A DNA stretch of 64,000 nucleotides. Origin: an uncultured Pelagibacteraceae bacterium (GTDB lineage: Bacteria > Pseudomonadota > Alphaproteobacteria > Pelagibacterales > Pelagibacteraceae). The stretch covers positions 2,294 through 66,293 of the forward strand of contig CACNFY010000007.1 in NCBI GenBank assembly GCA_902619925.1, in the 5' to 3' direction. Shown in pieces: positions 62,961-64,000 of the stretch (positions are counted from its first letter, which is position 1; each line of letters begins with the position of its first letter). The notes beneath the pieces are model-generated. The model was not told the DNA's origin. It was given only the letters and a program-made list of their open reading frames with translations, and did no database searches. The position numbers and the translations under genes are program-made.

Positions 62961-63923
62961 GTGAAAAAAGAAACCTTAAATATATGTCAAGTTTCCCTTT
63001 CAGGGAATATACCTATAATTTTAGAAAATTACAAAAATTTTAGCAACCTTTACACTGATATAAATTTTTATATTATTTGCCCTAAATCCCAAGTATATTT
63101 TTTTAAAAAAAAATTAAATCATATAAATATTTATATTATTTCGGAAGACCAAATTATTACTTTCAGTAATTTCAAAAAGATTTCAAATAATTTTTTAAAA
63201 AAAAAAAATTATTACAAAAAAATTCAACCGAGGTTAAAATGGTACTATCAACAAATATTAAAAATTAGTTTTGTCATAGATTTCATTAATAAATATAAAA
63301 AAAATATAATTATTTGGGATGCTGACACAATTATATTAAAAAAAATAACATTTTTTGAAAATAATACATCTATTAGTTATGGGACTACCTCTGAATATCA
63401 TAAGGCTTATTATGAGACGAATCAAAAAATATTAAAAAAACTACCTAAATATTATATTTCGTGTCTCGCTCAATTTATCTCTATATCAATAGACGAAAAC
63501 AATTTTTTACAAAAAAAATTAAACAATTTTAAAAAAAGAAAAGGTAGTACCTCACATTGGTTAAGTAATTTAGTATTTAAAGCTATTTGTGACACACATT
63601 ATAATTATAATGGATCTATGTTTTCAGAATATGAATTAATCGGACAATCAAACCTGATTTTTAAAAAAAACAAACAAAAATTAATATCTGGTTTAAGGGA
63701 GGAGCTAAATGGAAAATTGACTTTTACTCAAAAAATAATAACTAAAATTTTAGGATATAGCTATATTGCTTATGAACATGCACGTTCCGATATTTTAAGC
63801 AAAAATATGTTAAAAAGAAATCAAACCTGGTTTTTTTTTATGAGACTTTTGATAAGAAAAACATCTAATAAGTTTTTTAGAGGTATTAAACATATTATTT
63901 TAGAGTTTATATATGGGAAATAA
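62961..63923 (+). CDS. putative glycosyl/nucleotidyl-sugar transferase-like protein (DUF6492-like)
   Basis: WYYQQILK, IWDADT (DxD), FSEYE. Confidence 0.55.
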   Translation: MKKETLNICQVSLSGNIPIILENYKNFSNLYTDINFYIICPKSQVYFFKKKLNHINIYIISEDQIITFSNFKKISNNFLKKKNYYKKIQPRLKWYYQQILKISFVIDFINKYKKNIIIWDADTIILKKITFFENNTSISYGTTSEYHKAYYETNQKILKKLPKYYISCLAQFISISIDENNFLQKKLNNFKKRKGSTSHWLSNLVFKAICDTHYNYNGSMFSEYELIGQSNLIFKKNKQKLISGLREELNGKLTFTQKIITKILGYSYIAYEHARSDILSKNMLKRNQTWFFFMRLLIRKTSNKFFRGIKHIILEFIYGK

Positions 63924-64000
63924 TTTAAAAATATTTTGTGTGACAAATAAAGAATTACCTAAATTAGAAAATAGCCATTTATTGATGGCAGGTGTAGGTG
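63913..64000 (+). CDS. 5' fragment of the next polysaccharide-cluster gene (possibly DUF4422-like)
   Basis: MGNNLKIFCVTNKELPKLENSHLLMAGVG, open to the window edge and overlapping the previous stop. Confidence 0.45.
   Translation, partial: MGNNLKIFCVTNKELPKLENSHLLMAGVG

Overview
AT-rich, very densely packed chromosome segment of a streamlined alphaproteobacterium. Gene content, gene order and minimal spacers point to SAR11/Pelagibacterales; this is inferred, not searched. Most of the window is core genome: phoH-ybeY-lnt-metK, nusA-infB-rbfA-rpsO-pnp, fabA-fabB-fabI, irr-katG, ubiE-ubiB-coaBC-dut-moeB, mutM-rpsT-dnaA-dnaN, argH-lysA, helicase-terB-fdxA-carD, gltDB and thrS-infC-rpmI-rplT-pheST-lepA. 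It also holds two tRNAs (Leu-CAA, Arg-ACG) and the start of a surface-glycan gene cluster at the right end. I saw no mobile elements, CRISPR arrays or rRNA. The interesting signals sit in the short spacers that the ORF track leaves empty. (i) A stand-alone transcription unit (promoter, strong SD, + strand-specific terminator) encodes a 23-aa protamine-like peptide, MAKRRKKAKKKKKAKKAKKRRRR, convergent with a CarD that has a Lys-rich extension. (ii) Four more unannotated microproteins: a basic 38-mer, an LptM-like lipoprotein, and two single-TM peptides flanking a PaaI thioesterase downstream of tRNA-Arg. (iii) A near-identical 16-bp NrdR-like box lies upstream of both dnaA and the Suv3-like helicase operon. 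(iv) An Irr ICE box covers the katG promoter, a rimP-leader-like attenuator sits directly in front of nusA, and an NtrC/NtrX-like palindrome precedes gltDB. (v) There is a possible trimethyllysine/carnitine-to-acetoacetate catabolic cluster.
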